Assembly: GCA_011364925.1 (NCBI GenBank)
Contig: RDOA01000012.1
Span: forward strand, 15,048-79,047
Reading direction: 5' to 3'
Length of the DNA: 64,000 bases
Source of the DNA: Promethearchaeota archaeon
GTDB lineage: Archaea; Asgardarchaeota; Lokiarchaeia; Sigyniarchaeales; SOKP01
In this document: positions 17,020-26,876 of the stretch, in pieces
Layout: each line of letters starts with the position of its first letter
Position numbering within the stretch: the first letter of the stretch is position 1
The notes under the pieces: model-generated
What the model saw: the letters and a program-made list of their open reading frames with translations, nothing else
Told to the model about the DNA's origin: nothing
Databases searched by the model: none
Position numbers and translations under genes: made by a program

Positions 17020-17029
17020 ACATCCTTAT

Positions 17030-17677
17030 GTGATTTTAAGTGCTGCTATGACAATTGATGGAAAAATTGCATCAAAAAATGGAGATCCAGAAATTTCTGA
17101 TGAAGAGGATTGGAAATCTGTTCATAAACTTCGAACAGAGGTGGATGCGATTATGGTTGGTAAAGGATCCATACTGAAAGATAATCCCAAATTACATATA
17201 AAATATTACGATCATAACGGGTACTATCGTATTGTATTGGATAGCAATCTTTCCATTCCAATTGATTCGAATATTATTACCTATGAACCCGATACTTATC
17301 CAACTATTATAGTAACAACCGAAAACGCTCCTGTTGATCGAATTAGGGAATTTGAAGCAAAAAATGTAATTATTATTAAGTCTGGAAGTGGGAATGAAGT
17401 TGATATTGTTAAATTGATGCCCATTTTATACGGAAAAGGCATAAAGAGGATCCTTTTAGAAGGTGGGGCCAGATTAAATTGGAGTTTTATCAAAAATCAT
17501 TTAGTAGACGAAATTAGAATCACAATAGGACCCTGGATGGTAGGGGGTAAGGATGCCTTGAGTTTAGTGGAAGGAGAGGGTTTCGCAAAAATGTGTGAAA
17601 GCCCAAGATATTGCTTATCAAATGTGAAGAAGAACAATAACTATATAACTCTTTATTATAAGAAAGAAAAACCATGA
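17030..17677 (+). CDS. RibD C-terminal-type reductase (2,5-diamino-6-ribosylamino-4(3H)-pyrimidinone 5'-phosphate reductase, ArfC/Rib7-like)
   Basis: ILSAAMTIDGKIASKNG....S.E.DW..VH.LR..VDAIMVGKG.I..DNP.L and ILLEGGARLNWSF. Apparent GTG start; the in-frame HPYV upstream suggests the start is uncertain. Confidence 0.75.
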   Translation: MILSAAMTIDGKIASKNGDPEISDEEDWKSVHKLRTEVDAIMVGKGSILKDNPKLHIKYYDHNGYYRIVLDSNLSIPIDSNIITYEPDTYPTIIVTTENAPVDRIREFEAKNVIIIKSGSGNEVDIVKLMPILYGKGIKRILLEGGARLNWSFIKNHLVDEIRITIGPWMVGGKDALSLVEGEGFAKMCESPRYCLSNVKKNNNYITLYYKKEKP

Positions 17678-18801
17678 AAACCACTAAAGAAATAGAACAA
17701 TTGGAAAAGATACCAATAAAAGCGCTGAAAGAAAAAATTAAAAGTATAAGAGAAGAACTTCCTAAAGAAGAACAGAATATTGTTACTTTTTCTAAGAACT
17801 TTACACTTTCTCTTTCAAACTATTGTCAAAATCAATGTGGATACTGTTTCTATAACCAGCATGTATCTAAAGAGATTCTAGAACAGTATATTGCACTAAT
17901 TGAAGAAAATAAAATTAATGATTTAATCCAAGCAGCAATAAAATTTGGATGCACAGAAGCTTTACTAATGTCTGGTGAATCTCCTGATAAGTTCGAAGTA
18001 GTTCAAAAAGAATTGGAAAAAAGAAACTATAGCAATTTCAACCAATTTGTGAAAAGATTAAGCGAAAAGTTGTTAGAATTCAATCTTTTACCCCATACAA
18101 ATATAGGTGCGCTCTCATTCGATGAATTAAAATATTTAAAGGATACAAATGCTAGTATGGGTTTAATGATTGAGAGTACCTGTGAAACTCTTTCCAAACC
18201 TGGTGGTGTTCATGAAAATTCACCAAATAAAACGCCAGAAACTAGAATTAAACACATTATAGACGCGGGAAAGTTAAAGATTCCCTTTACTACAGGCTTA
18301 TTATTAGGAATTGGTGAGAGATTTCAAGATCGCATAAAGGATTTGTACTTAATCAAAGAACTTCATCAAAAATATGGTCACATCCAAGAAGTAATAATAC
18401 AAAATTTTACAGAAAAATCGAGGATTCCCTATCATCCGAAAAAACCAATAAATATAGAAGAAACTCTCAAAACTGCGGGTGTTGCAAAATTAATATTTGA
18501 AAACGATATAGCGATTCAAGTTCCTCCTAATTTAATTCAAAATTACGAAAAGGAAGCTTTAGAAATGGGAATTGATGATTTTGGAGGCATATCTCCATTT
18601 ACTATAGATTATATTAACCCCCACCACGCTTGGCCAAAAATACCACTCTTAGAAAAGTTATGCATGAGTTTTGGATATGAACTTAAGGAAAGGCTTCCTA
18701 TATATAAGAAATTTATAGATAAAAACGGATTTTGTTCTGAAATTATTAAAAAAACGATAAAAAGGATTGATCTGAATGTTAGAAGCGAAAAAGATTCTTA
18801 G
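17674..18801 (+). CDS. cofG: FO synthase subunit 1 (CofG, radical SAM)
   Basis: VTFSKNFTLSLSNYCQNQCGYCFY matches the CofG-type CxxxCxxC context rather than the NRNINxTN context of MqnC/MqnE. ATGA overlap with the upstream gene. Confidence 0.75.
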   Translation: MKTTKEIEQLEKIPIKALKEKIKSIREELPKEEQNIVTFSKNFTLSLSNYCQNQCGYCFYNQHVSKEILEQYIALIEENKINDLIQAAIKFGCTEALLMSGESPDKFEVVQKELEKRNYSNFNQFVKRLSEKLLEFNLLPHTNIGALSFDELKYLKDTNASMGLMIESTCETLSKPGGVHENSPNKTPETRIKHIIDAGKLKIPFTTGLLLGIGERFQDRIKDLYLIKELHQKYGHIQEVIIQNFTEKSRIPYHPKKPINIEETLKTAGVAKLIFENDIAIQVPPNLIQNYEKEALEMGIDDFGGISPFTIDYINPHHAWPKIPLLEKLCMSFGYELKERLPIYKKFIDKNGFCSEIIKKTIKRIDLNVRSEKDS

Positions 18802-19876
18802 AAAAGCTGAAGATTCAGTTGAGATTAGCCCGGATGAAGCTTTAATCCTATTAAAAATCACGGGTAAAGATTTCACAGCTTTACAACAGACTGCTGATCA
18901 GATTTGTTTTGAGAAGAAGAATAATCTCGTAAGTTTTATCATAAATCGAAATATAAATTTTACAAATGTCTGTTATCAAGGATGTAAATTCTGCTCGTTT
19001 TCTGTTTCAAATAAAAATAAAGACAGTTTTTTAAAAACTATTGAAGAAATAAGAGAGGATGTTACTGAAGCTAAGAACGCAGAATGCACTGAAGTATGCA
19101 TCCAAGGAGGGATTAATCCAGAATTAGATTTCGACTATTATTTAGAGATTTTGAAAATAGTAAAGGAGATTGATTCAAATATCCATACTCACGCTTTTTC
19201 TCCTCAAGAAGTGTTCTATATGTCAAAATTATACGGCTCATCGATTTATGATGTGTTAAAGGAGTTAAAAAAAGCAGGTTTAGATTCTATGCCAGGAACA
19301 GCAGCAGAAATTTTAGTAGATGATATCAGAAAAGTTATTTGTCCAAATAAAATTACCACTTCTCAATGGATTGATGTGATAAAATCAGCACATGAATTAG
19401 GAATCCCCACTACTTCGACTATGATGTATGGTCACATTGAAGATTTAAAGGACAGAATAGAACACCTCGAGATTTTAAGGAATATACAGAAAGAAACTTC
19501 CGGGTTCACCGAATTTGTCCCTCTACCCTTTGTTAAAGAAAATCCTCTTTTATCTAAATTGACAGATTTCCCTCTAAAACCTAGCTATGGAATGGCAGAT
19601 TTAAAATTGTTTGCGGTAGCAAGAATTTTCCTCAACAATTACATTGATAATATTCAATGTTCTTGGGTAAAGTTGGGCCCAAAATTCGCTCAAGTTTCTC
19701 TATATTACGGAGTAAACGACTTTTCTGGTACGTTAATGGAAGAGAACATTTCAAAAAGCGCAGGAGCCGAATTTGGAGAATATTTAGCTCCGGAAGAGAT
19801 GATCTCTATCATTAAAGCTGCCGGCAAGAAACCTGTGCAGAGGGATACGCTCTATAAATTATTAAAATTCTACTGA
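18776..19876 (+). CDS. cofH: FO synthase subunit 2 (CofH, radical SAM)
   Basis: VSFIINRNINFTNVCYQGCKFCSF. Overlaps cofG by 26 nt. Pairing with a CofG-type gene favours CofH over MqnE. Confidence 0.7.
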   Translation: MLEAKKILRKAEDSVEISPDEALILLKITGKDFTALQQTADQICFEKKNNLVSFIINRNINFTNVCYQGCKFCSFSVSNKNKDSFLKTIEEIREDVTEAKNAECTEVCIQGGINPELDFDYYLEILKIVKEIDSNIHTHAFSPQEVFYMSKLYGSSIYDVLKELKKAGLDSMPGTAAEILVDDIRKVICPNKITTSQWIDVIKSAHELGIPTTSTMMYGHIEDLKDRIEHLEILRNIQKETSGFTEFVPLPFVKENPLLSKLTDFPLKPSYGMADLKLFAVARIFLNNYIDNIQCSWVKLGPKFAQVSLYYGVNDFSGTLMEENISKSAGAEFGEYLAPEEMISIIKAAGKKPVQRDTLYKLLKFY

Positions 19877-19887
19877 TTATTAAAACT

Positions 19888-21765
19888 CTAACGATTCCTT
19901 GTATCTTGAAGAAAATTTAAAATGTAGCGCTGAGCTATCAAATCTGAACTAATCTTGCCCAAAACCTTACCCTCTTGAACAACGGGCATAGCTGAGATCT
20001 GATATTGTTCGAATTCCCTTACGATATCTAAAATATTGAAATCTGGAGCGGCGGTGACTACTTTTTTTGTCATAATTTTAGTGACAATTCCATCACAAAA
20101 TCCTTCCGCGGAAGCCTTTGTTATATCCCAATCTGTAACCACACCAACTAATTTATCATCTGAGATGACAGCAATTATCCCACTATTATTATCTATCATG
20201 GATTTAGCTGCATCTTGAATTGTACTACTTGAATCTATCATTGGTATGGTAACCATTATATCCTTAACTGTAAGTTCACTTTCTTTAGCGTTAAGTCGTT
20301 GAAGACTTATTCGCTCAGCAGCTTGAGACGGTAAAATGTCTTGGTGTGTAGTTAAAATATCAATTAATTCAATCATATTATTACGAATTACATTTTCGCG
20401 ATACTCTACACCGGCTTCTAGGCGGTTTTTCGAGAGTTTTCTGAATTTGGCAGAATTATTTTGTAGCCATCTTTCCACAGCTTCCTTATTTCCAAGAATC
20501 TCTGGCGGAAATTGAACTTCCTCTGGCGATTTAACAATGTGTTCTTGAGCAGCAAAAATTACTCCTCCAGAATTAACCAAATAATCGTTGGCTATCATTA
20601 CTCCCTTTTCACGATAGACTATCTGTTCCATTCGTGTTCTAGCAGCTTTTCTGTTTGGATCTGGAGAATAAGTATTTGCTCCTTCTATGATAACCTTCCA
20701 ATTGCCCATATGCTCAACTAGCATGGATGCATTATCTGAGGGCCTTACTCCTAAATAATTAAATATCGGGGCTGCAGGTACAAAACAAAAAGCATTTTCA
20801 CGTAGTAGATCATTTGCATTTGTAGAGAACTTTGTTGGATGTTTATATCCTTCAGCGATTATGTTATTTTCAAAGTAGGTTTGCGTTGCCATTTTTTTAT
20901 TCTCCCAAAACTCAAATAATTCTTCAGTTGGAAGACCTGCAAAATTATAAAGATACCCTTCTAGGTCGCTTATACCTATTACTCTGGCGTTAGGAATTCG
21001 CTCTTTAAGTATTCGTGTAGCGTGAGCACCAACCGCACCAAATCCTTGTATCAAAATAGTTAATTCTTGATTAGCTGGAATTTCTAAATTTTCGAATTGT
21101 GGAAGTACTCTCATTCGGGGAAGTATTTCCAGTAGAGTTTGTAATGCTATGATAACCCCTCCAGCAGCAGCTCCGAGTTCATCGATTCTATTTCCACCCA
21201 TATCTGCGGGTTTAGAAACAGCGCTATCAAGACCGTTTTCCATCGCTATTAATTTCATATCGGCATCATTGGTACCAACATCAGGTCCAGGTACGTAAAT
21301 TTCTTTATATCTGCGAATTAATCGCGCAAATCCTCTTACTATCTCTTCATGAATATCATCAGGTAAATTTCTTTCTGCCACTATCCCCGATTTTCCACCC
21401 CCATAAGGAAGATTCGCAGCCGCATTCTTTAATGTCATTCCCCTTGCTAGATTTTGGATATCTGAAGGTTTAATATCGGGGAGCATTCTTATACCCCCCA
21501 TTGACGGAGAACCCATACTTAGGTTATCTACCACAAGGTATCCTCCAATTTCTAATTCGGAATTCTCGTCCCAAACGCAAGCTACAATTTGCGGTCCCAA
21601 TTCATCCCTTACGATCCCTAATCGAGATAATAAATGTTCGTCAAGGTTGCTGAACTCTAAATAACATTTTCCATCTTCTTTTTTAAGACGTGTTAACAAC
21701 ATCGCTTCAGGAAGGTGAGATTTAAGAAAAATTTCCATTTCTTTAGGTATCATGATTGATCTCAC
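19888..21765 (-). CDS. Glu/Leu/Phe/Val-family amino-acid dehydrogenase fused to a C-terminal CBS-domain pair
   Basis: MGGIRM, the catalytic-lysine loop PYGGGKSGI, the NAD fold IQGFGAVGAH, then two CBS modules (VKDIMVT...GIIAVISDDKLVGVVTDWDI and IMTKKVVTAAP...ISAMPVVQEGKVLGKIS). Confidence 0.8.
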   Translation of the reverse strand: MRSIMIPKEMEIFLKSHLPEAMLLTRLKKEDGKCYLEFSNLDEHLLSRLGIVRDELGPQIVACVWDENSELEIGGYLVVDNLSMGSPSMGGIRMLPDIKPSDIQNLARGMTLKNAAANLPYGGGKSGIVAERNLPDDIHEEIVRGFARLIRRYKEIYVPGPDVGTNDADMKLIAMENGLDSAVSKPADMGGNRIDELGAAAGGVIIALQTLLEILPRMRVLPQFENLEIPANQELTILIQGFGAVGAHATRILKERIPNARVIGISDLEGYLYNFAGLPTEELFEFWENKKMATQTYFENNIIAEGYKHPTKFSTNANDLLRENAFCFVPAAPIFNYLGVRPSDNASMLVEHMGNWKVIIEGANTYSPDPNRKAARTRMEQIVYREKGVMIANDYLVNSGGVIFAAQEHIVKSPEEVQFPPEILGNKEAVERWLQNNSAKFRKLSKNRLEAGVEYRENVIRNNMIELIDILTTHQDILPSQAAERISLQRLNAKESELTVKDIMVTIPMIDSSSTIQDAAKSMIDNNSGIIAVISDDKLVGVVTDWDITKASAEGFCDGIVTKIMTKKVVTAAPDFNILDIVREFEQYQISAMPVVQEGKVLGKISSDLIAQRYILNFLQDTRNR

Positions 21766-21860
21766 AAAATGCTTATTACATCTTCATATATGATTTATTA
21801 TAATTTAAAATTGTTTTAACATTTTTAATTAATTAAAATTACTATTAATAAATCCTTATT

Positions 21861-23714
21861 ATGACTCAGAAAGACAAAAAACTTCTACTTATAGGTATCG
21901 ATCAGGCAATTCCTTATCTAATTAATAAGTTCATCAAGGAGAACGCAATTCCAAACATAGCTAGATTATGTGAGAATGGTGTATTAGCAGAGGCATATTC
22001 TTGTGCCCCTTGTGATACTCCTACTAACTGGACTACAATTGCTACTGGAGCCAAAACAGCGACTCATGGTGTCACGAGTTTTTATTTGCACTTACAAGGT
22101 GAACCTTTAGATTTAGGCGCAAAGTTAAGGTCGCGAACTCAATTATCTCGATACTGCCAAGCAGAATTTATATGGGATGTTGCTGAAAAAAGAGGTCTAG
22201 TCCCGTTTATAATCAATTATCCCTCTGGATGGCCTGGTAATTTTAAAAAAGGGGCTATGAGTCTATACACTTGGAGAACACCCGAATCGTATCAGAGGAT
22301 GGTAAGTCCCTCGAAATCGTATAAATTCACTATGAAAGCTACAAAGAATACACTCAGTGGAAGTGGGGATGAAGATTTAATAAAACTAGTTTTGATAATT
22401 AAAGGGAAAAGTATCGTTAGTCCACACACTGAGAAAATTATACTTTCGATTAACAGCGCAGGTGATATATCATTGATCATAAATGGAGTGCAAGAATTTA
22501 TAAAAGAAATGGAATGGAGTAGCTGGATGAAAATAAGGATAAATACCACTAATGGGATTTTACCATGTTTTTATAGGATAATGATCGTTGGCTTTAATGA
22601 TGAAATTGTTACAATTAAACGCTCGACAGTGTATAATGCAAAAGGATGGACAAATCCTGAGTCTTTCGGAGAAGAATTAATTAAAAATGTATTTGAGTAC
22701 GATTTTCCTCACGAGCACGAAGTCGAATTTATGACTAAGGAAAAGATAAGTTCTTATTTGGTATCGGCGCGAAATGAGGCCTTAATGCTTGCTGAAGCGA
22801 TTAAATACGCCAAACGATCGTTAAATTGGGATGTGTGTTATTTTCATTATCATCCTTTAGATACTATAAATCACGAATCCCTTGCTTATATGCATAAAGA
22901 ATCCCCTTTTTATACCGAAGTAAAAGCTAAAAAAACTTTCAATACTGTAGAAACAGCTTATAAAATAGTGGACGAGTTAGTCGGAAACCTGATCAATCAT
23001 TGCATAGAAAAAGATACGACTGTTGTATTTATTTCGGATCATGGTGCTATTCCAACTTGGAAAACAATAAACATTCCTTCATTTTTTATGAAATCAGGTT
23101 TAACTAAATACAACTGGAATGAATCTGAGAAAAAGTACGTAATAGATTGGAAAGAATCAATTGCATTTCCCTATATGGAACCTCCATTTGTTTGGGTTAA
23201 CCTTAAGGGTAGAGATCCACATGGAGTTGTAAAAAGCTCAGAATATGAAGATGTAAGAGATTCAATTATTGAAACACTTTATAGCTTAAAGGATCCTAAC
23301 ACTAATGAAGGAGTTATCGAGCAAGCTTTAAGAAAAGAAGAAGCGAGTAATCTTGGATTGAACGGAGAGAGGATTGGAGATGTGGTGTATTTTCTCAAAC
23401 CTCCATATGGAATTTTCGATGGAAATTTAGGAACGCTCGATGCAAGTAGTATGACAAAAAGTGAGTATAATAAATCAGACATAGATATGTCTCGCTCTTT
23501 TTTTGGAGCTCATGCGTATTATCTCCCCACTACCCGATTTGGCAATTATTCGATTTCTGTACCGTTTATAATAAGTGGTCCAGGAATTAAAAAAGGTATT
23601 AAACTAGATAATATCGTAAATCTGGTTGATGTTGTTCCTACCCTCTCCCATTTGCTAAATATCCCCGAGCCTAAAAATTCAGAAGGTTGCATTTTATATG
23701 AAATAATGGAGTAG
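21861..23714 (+). CDS. Alkaline-phosphatase superfamily enzyme (type I phosphodiesterase/nucleotide pyrophosphatase-like)
   Basis: LLLIGIDQA, the nucleophile context CDTPTNWTTIATG, FISDHG, and GAHA. Confidence 0.65.
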   Translation: MTQKDKKLLLIGIDQAIPYLINKFIKENAIPNIARLCENGVLAEAYSCAPCDTPTNWTTIATGAKTATHGVTSFYLHLQGEPLDLGAKLRSRTQLSRYCQAEFIWDVAEKRGLVPFIINYPSGWPGNFKKGAMSLYTWRTPESYQRMVSPSKSYKFTMKATKNTLSGSGDEDLIKLVLIIKGKSIVSPHTEKIILSINSAGDISLIINGVQEFIKEMEWSSWMKIRINTTNGILPCFYRIMIVGFNDEIVTIKRSTVYNAKGWTNPESFGEELIKNVFEYDFPHEHEVEFMTKEKISSYLVSARNEALMLAEAIKYAKRSLNWDVCYFHYHPLDTINHESLAYMHKESPFYTEVKAKKTFNTVETAYKIVDELVGNLINHCIEKDTTVVFISDHGAIPTWKTINIPSFFMKSGLTKYNWNESEKKYVIDWKESIAFPYMEPPFVWVNLKGRDPHGVVKSSEYEDVRDSIIETLYSLKDPNTNEGVIEQALRKEEASNLGLNGERIGDVVYFLKPPYGIFDGNLGTLDASSMTKSEYNKSDIDMSRSFFGAHAYYLPTTRFGNYSISVPFIISGPGIKKGIKLDNIVNLVDVVPTLSHLLNIPEPKNSEGCILYEIME

Positions 23715-23779
23715 GTAAATAATTTTCTTTAAATTTTAATCATGATTTTACTATTAAACCAATTCAAAGTGGGTTAAGA

Positions 23780-24070
23780 ATGATAACGATAATTGCTACA
23801 CTTCAAGTTAAACCAGGAAAAATGGTTGAAGCCATTGAAGTTCTAAAAGAAATGGCTGCAAACATTAAATCTTCAGAACCAGGAACGTTGCAATACATCC
23901 CCCATACTGTAAAGGGAGAAGGACTCGAGAACACTATAATTTTCTACGAGAAATATGAAAATGAAGAAGCTTTTCAAGTTCATAGTAAAAATCTAAGAAT
24001 AACGGCAGCTAACTTGGCTCCTTTGTTAGCTCCTGGAAGAGATATTAAATCATGTTTTGAAATTAAATAA
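23780..24070 (+). CDS. ABM-domain (antibiotic biosynthesis monooxygenase-like) protein
   Basis: 96 aa. ITIIATLQVKPGK......L.E......SEPG.L.Y......FYEKYENEEAFQVH is typical of the ferredoxin-like ABM fold. Confidence 0.7.
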   Translation: MITIIATLQVKPGKMVEAIEVLKEMAANIKSSEPGTLQYIPHTVKGEGLENTIIFYEKYENEEAFQVHSKNLRITAANLAPLLAPGRDIKSCFEIK

Positions 24071-24078
24071 CTTTTTTT

Positions 24079-25521
24079 TTATTTATCCTGGATATATGGT
24101 TTTCCAGAAAACAAACAGAATTCTGCTTTCTTTAATTCACGTCCTAAATAATTTATATGTTGTAAGTTTGTAGTCAATTTTAGTTCGAGAACTTTTTTGC
24201 TAAGTGCTTCAGCGTTGCTCCCTATTAGAGTTTTGAGAAGTATATCGTTATTAGAAAAAAATAAAATGTAAATCTCTTTAGAGTAGTGGTTCACATAAAG
24301 TTTAAAATAACCATTTTTATCGGGTGAATATTCTGGATCGTAATCCTTTACGGTAATTGCTTCAGATGTATCAAGAATGGGAATAATTTGACTAGTTTTG
24401 CCTTTTGCTTTGAAAACACTAATTCCATGATTTATTGGAGGAGATTTTTTATGTTTTGAAATGTAATTAAGCTTTACACTCTCTTTGAGCTCTCTTACTC
24501 CTCCTATTAATTTAGTACTGTGTTCAACTGTAAATAAAATCCCCATATCTAATTCAATAGCTATGCTTGCTAATAATCCGTTGATCCCAACCGAATCAAT
24601 ATCCATAAGTTCTACTACATTAGATATCCCAAAAAAAAGTGGTGATTTTAAATTCATATTCATTTCTTTTGAAACTTGTTTTTTATAGAGAAAATATGCT
24701 TCTAGAGAGTTACAAATTCCAGGAGTAATAGGCGTTTCTAATAGAGGATCAGCAATTAATTTTTTAAAACCTTGTCGTCGTAATTCTTGAGTTAATTTAA
24801 ACAGATTTTTAACTCTTATCTCAGGTTCTTTAGGAAAGTAAGCTGCTTTAATGTTCGTAGGTAATATAACAATAGGGATATCTTTAGGGAGACTCAGAAA
24901 GTTTTTATAGTTTCCAATGTCTAAACTTAAGATTAAATCTATTCCTTCGTCTGCAGCAGCAAGAATTTCGTCTTTATCCATTGAATCAATACTAATTAGA
25001 ACATTAAAATTATCTCGAATGAGTCGAACTATTTCCTTTACTCTATCTGGATAAGACTTGTTTGCAACGCATCCAATATCAACAATATCCGCACCTGATT
25101 TAATATAATGGTCTACTTTTCTAAGGATTGCGTCGTTGCTTTTTTCTGGACAATTGACAATTTCAGCAATAATTGGGGGTGGAAGATCGTTTCCAATCAT
25201 TATTTTAGAGGTTTTTTCGTTTATAAAAAAAGTATGGTAACCAATATTTTCTTTCGCGGTTTTAATTTTCTTTTTAACGATTTCTTCATAATCTCGCTCA
25301 CCAGAACTCTCAAATACTTTATTTGCGGGAGTTTTATTTGATAATTTAACACTATCAATATTGTTTAAAATCCAAGGGAGATCAGATGCAAATTCAGGAC
25401 CTTTTTTTATTTCAACTGAGTTTTCTTCTTCTAATTTGGTAGTGTCCCATTGTATGAAACCGGGAAGTAATACTAAATCAAATCTGGTGGGATCTGTACT
25501 TTTAAGTAAGTCACTAACCAT
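24079..25521 (-). CDS. Dihydropteroate synthase-like pterin-binding protein (archaeal long form)
   Basis: The central HYIKSGADIVDIGC resembles the DHPS GADIIDIGG motif. The 480-aa length with an extra C-terminal domain matches archaeal DHPS-related proteins. Pterin-gene neighbourhood. Confidence 0.6.
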   Translation of the reverse strand: MVSDLLKSTDPTRFDLVLLPGFIQWDTTKLEEENSVEIKKGPEFASDLPWILNNIDSVKLSNKTPANKVFESSGERDYEEIVKKKIKTAKENIGYHTFFINEKTSKIMIGNDLPPPIIAEIVNCPEKSNDAILRKVDHYIKSGADIVDIGCVANKSYPDRVKEIVRLIRDNFNVLISIDSMDKDEILAAADEGIDLILSLDIGNYKNFLSLPKDIPIVILPTNIKAAYFPKEPEIRVKNLFKLTQELRRQGFKKLIADPLLETPITPGICNSLEAYFLYKKQVSKEMNMNLKSPLFFGISNVVELMDIDSVGINGLLASIAIELDMGILFTVEHSTKLIGGVRELKESVKLNYISKHKKSPPINHGISVFKAKGKTSQIIPILDTSEAITVKDYDPEYSPDKNGYFKLYVNHYSKEIYILFFSNNDILLKTLIGSNAEALSKKVLELKLTTNLQHINYLGRELKKAEFCLFSGKPYIQDK

Positions 25522-25653
25522 ACTTTCAGTTAAAAAAGCAGATATAGTTATGGGAGCTTTAAGAATTTCAATCTTATGTTGTGTAATCGGTGTTGTGATT
25601 CCTATAATGATAGGATAGCTACTTTTGCCTGTAATTATTAAAATTCTCTTAAT

Positions 25654-26742
25654 TTAAATCACTCCATAATCATTTTTATCAAACGGAATATATATATCGT
25701 CAAGAATTGTACCTTTAGCCTCCTTAATTTTTAAATTATTAATTATAGGTTCAAATTCGCCCCCCAATAAACCATTTGCTATGAAAGCAGCGCCTTGAGC
25801 AGCATGTTTCGAAGTTTTACCGAAAGATCTCATAAGTCTAACAGGGTATAAATCTTCTAACCTATCATGAATAATTTCTTTAAGATACTGTAATTCTGAC
25901 GATCTTCCAGCTAACATTATTTCCATTATTTTATTTTTATTGGAATACGATGAACTAATTGATAAAATTGCTTTAATCAATTCTGATAAGTAAGCATTAA
26001 GAGCCAAGTTAGTTTGTGAATCTCTTTTAGCACGGGATATGATTTCATTTAGCGATAAATTTAATTGACCTGCAATGAAAGATAATCCACCACTATAAAT
26101 GACCTTTTTGTTAATCTTTTTGAGTAAATACGCAAGTTCTCCATCAAGACTTCCACAAGCTCGTAATCCCATAATGTTAGAGCCTCCAATTCCATCAATC
26201 ACTTGTCCGTTTTCAATAGCTAAGATCGATGTAAAACCGTATCCAATTTCAATCATGATAAAATTAGAATTGTTAGGACTAATATCTAACCTTTCTACTT
26301 GATCTCTTATTCCTGTAACAGCTGTGCATAGCTTATCTGCCGTTCCCATATCAATCTTATTTATTTTACGATACCTAGGAATGGTAGGTAAATGCTTAAT
26401 ACCGGGAATGACAACACTAGGAATTTTTTCCGCTCTAATTAATCGAAGAATTTCACCTAACCCAATTAATTTATTCTTCTCCCTACCACCGAATTTTAAA
26501 AGGATTAGAAATACATCTTCTTCCGTTATCTCGGAAACTTTTTTTAAGGGTAATCCAAATCCGCTTGGAGCTACAAGTAAATCAATATTATCCACTGATT
26601 TTATTATTTTTAAAGCTTTACTCGGGTCTTCTATTAATTCTTTTGAAGGAATAGAGGTATCTAAGATAATTTCTTTGTTTGCTATTCCAAAAAAATCCCA
26701 CGATTTAGATCCTGGATCTACTCCAATTACCCGAAACAACAA
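25654..26742 (-). CDS. ASKHA-fold (acetate/sugar kinase-like) protein, DUF1464/COG2441-like (tentative)
   Basis: The N-terminal phosphate-1-like VIGVDPGSKSWDFFG and later IGGSNIMG..ACGSLDGE fit the ASKHA fold. This family is often linked to methanopterin genes. Confidence 0.45.
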   Translation of the reverse strand: MLFRVIGVDPGSKSWDFFGIANKEIILDTSIPSKELIEDPSKALKIIKSVDNIDLLVAPSGFGLPLKKVSEITEEDVFLILLKFGGREKNKLIGLGEILRLIRAEKIPSVVIPGIKHLPTIPRYRKINKIDMGTADKLCTAVTGIRDQVERLDISPNNSNFIMIEIGYGFTSILAIENGQVIDGIGGSNIMGLRACGSLDGELAYLLKKINKKVIYSGGLSFIAGQLNLSLNEIISRAKRDSQTNLALNAYLSELIKAILSISSSYSNKNKIMEIMLAGRSSELQYLKEIIHDRLEDLYPVRLMRSFGKTSKHAAQGAAFIANGLLGGEFEPIINNLKIKEAKGTILDDIYIPFDKNDYGVI

Positions 26743-26876
26743 AAATCAAGTTCTATTTAATTTACTAATATTCAAAGTTCAATATTTCTTTTTATTTTTG
26801 GTATTTATTCTAAAGTATTAAAAGAATTTGGATATATTCTTACCTATACCACAGTAAAATATAATAATCGTGTTTA

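Noticed and set aside
17674-19876. Alternative reading of the two radical-SAM genes as futalosine-pathway MqnC/MqnE, with the amidohydrolase as aminofutalosine deaminase
   Set aside because: The first gene has the CofG-type context (SKNFTLSLSNYCQNQCGYC) rather than the NRNINxTN context shared by MqnC and MqnE. A RibD-C-type reductase is in the same operon, and no MqnA, MqnB or MqnD is visible. This is not fully excluded without phylogeny.
25654-26742. Possibility that the ASKHA-fold ORF is an actin homolog (Asgard 'lokiactin'-type)
   Set aside because: Its length and motifs fit small kinase-like ASKHA proteins (DUF1464/butyrate-kinase-like). It lacks actin-type subdomain signatures and sits among pterin-biosynthesis genes.
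26099-26821. + strand ORFs of 67 and 165 aa overlapping 25654-26742
   Set aside because: They are antisense to the ASKHA-fold gene. The sense-strand ORF has an ATPase phosphate-1-like N-terminus, whereas these have none.
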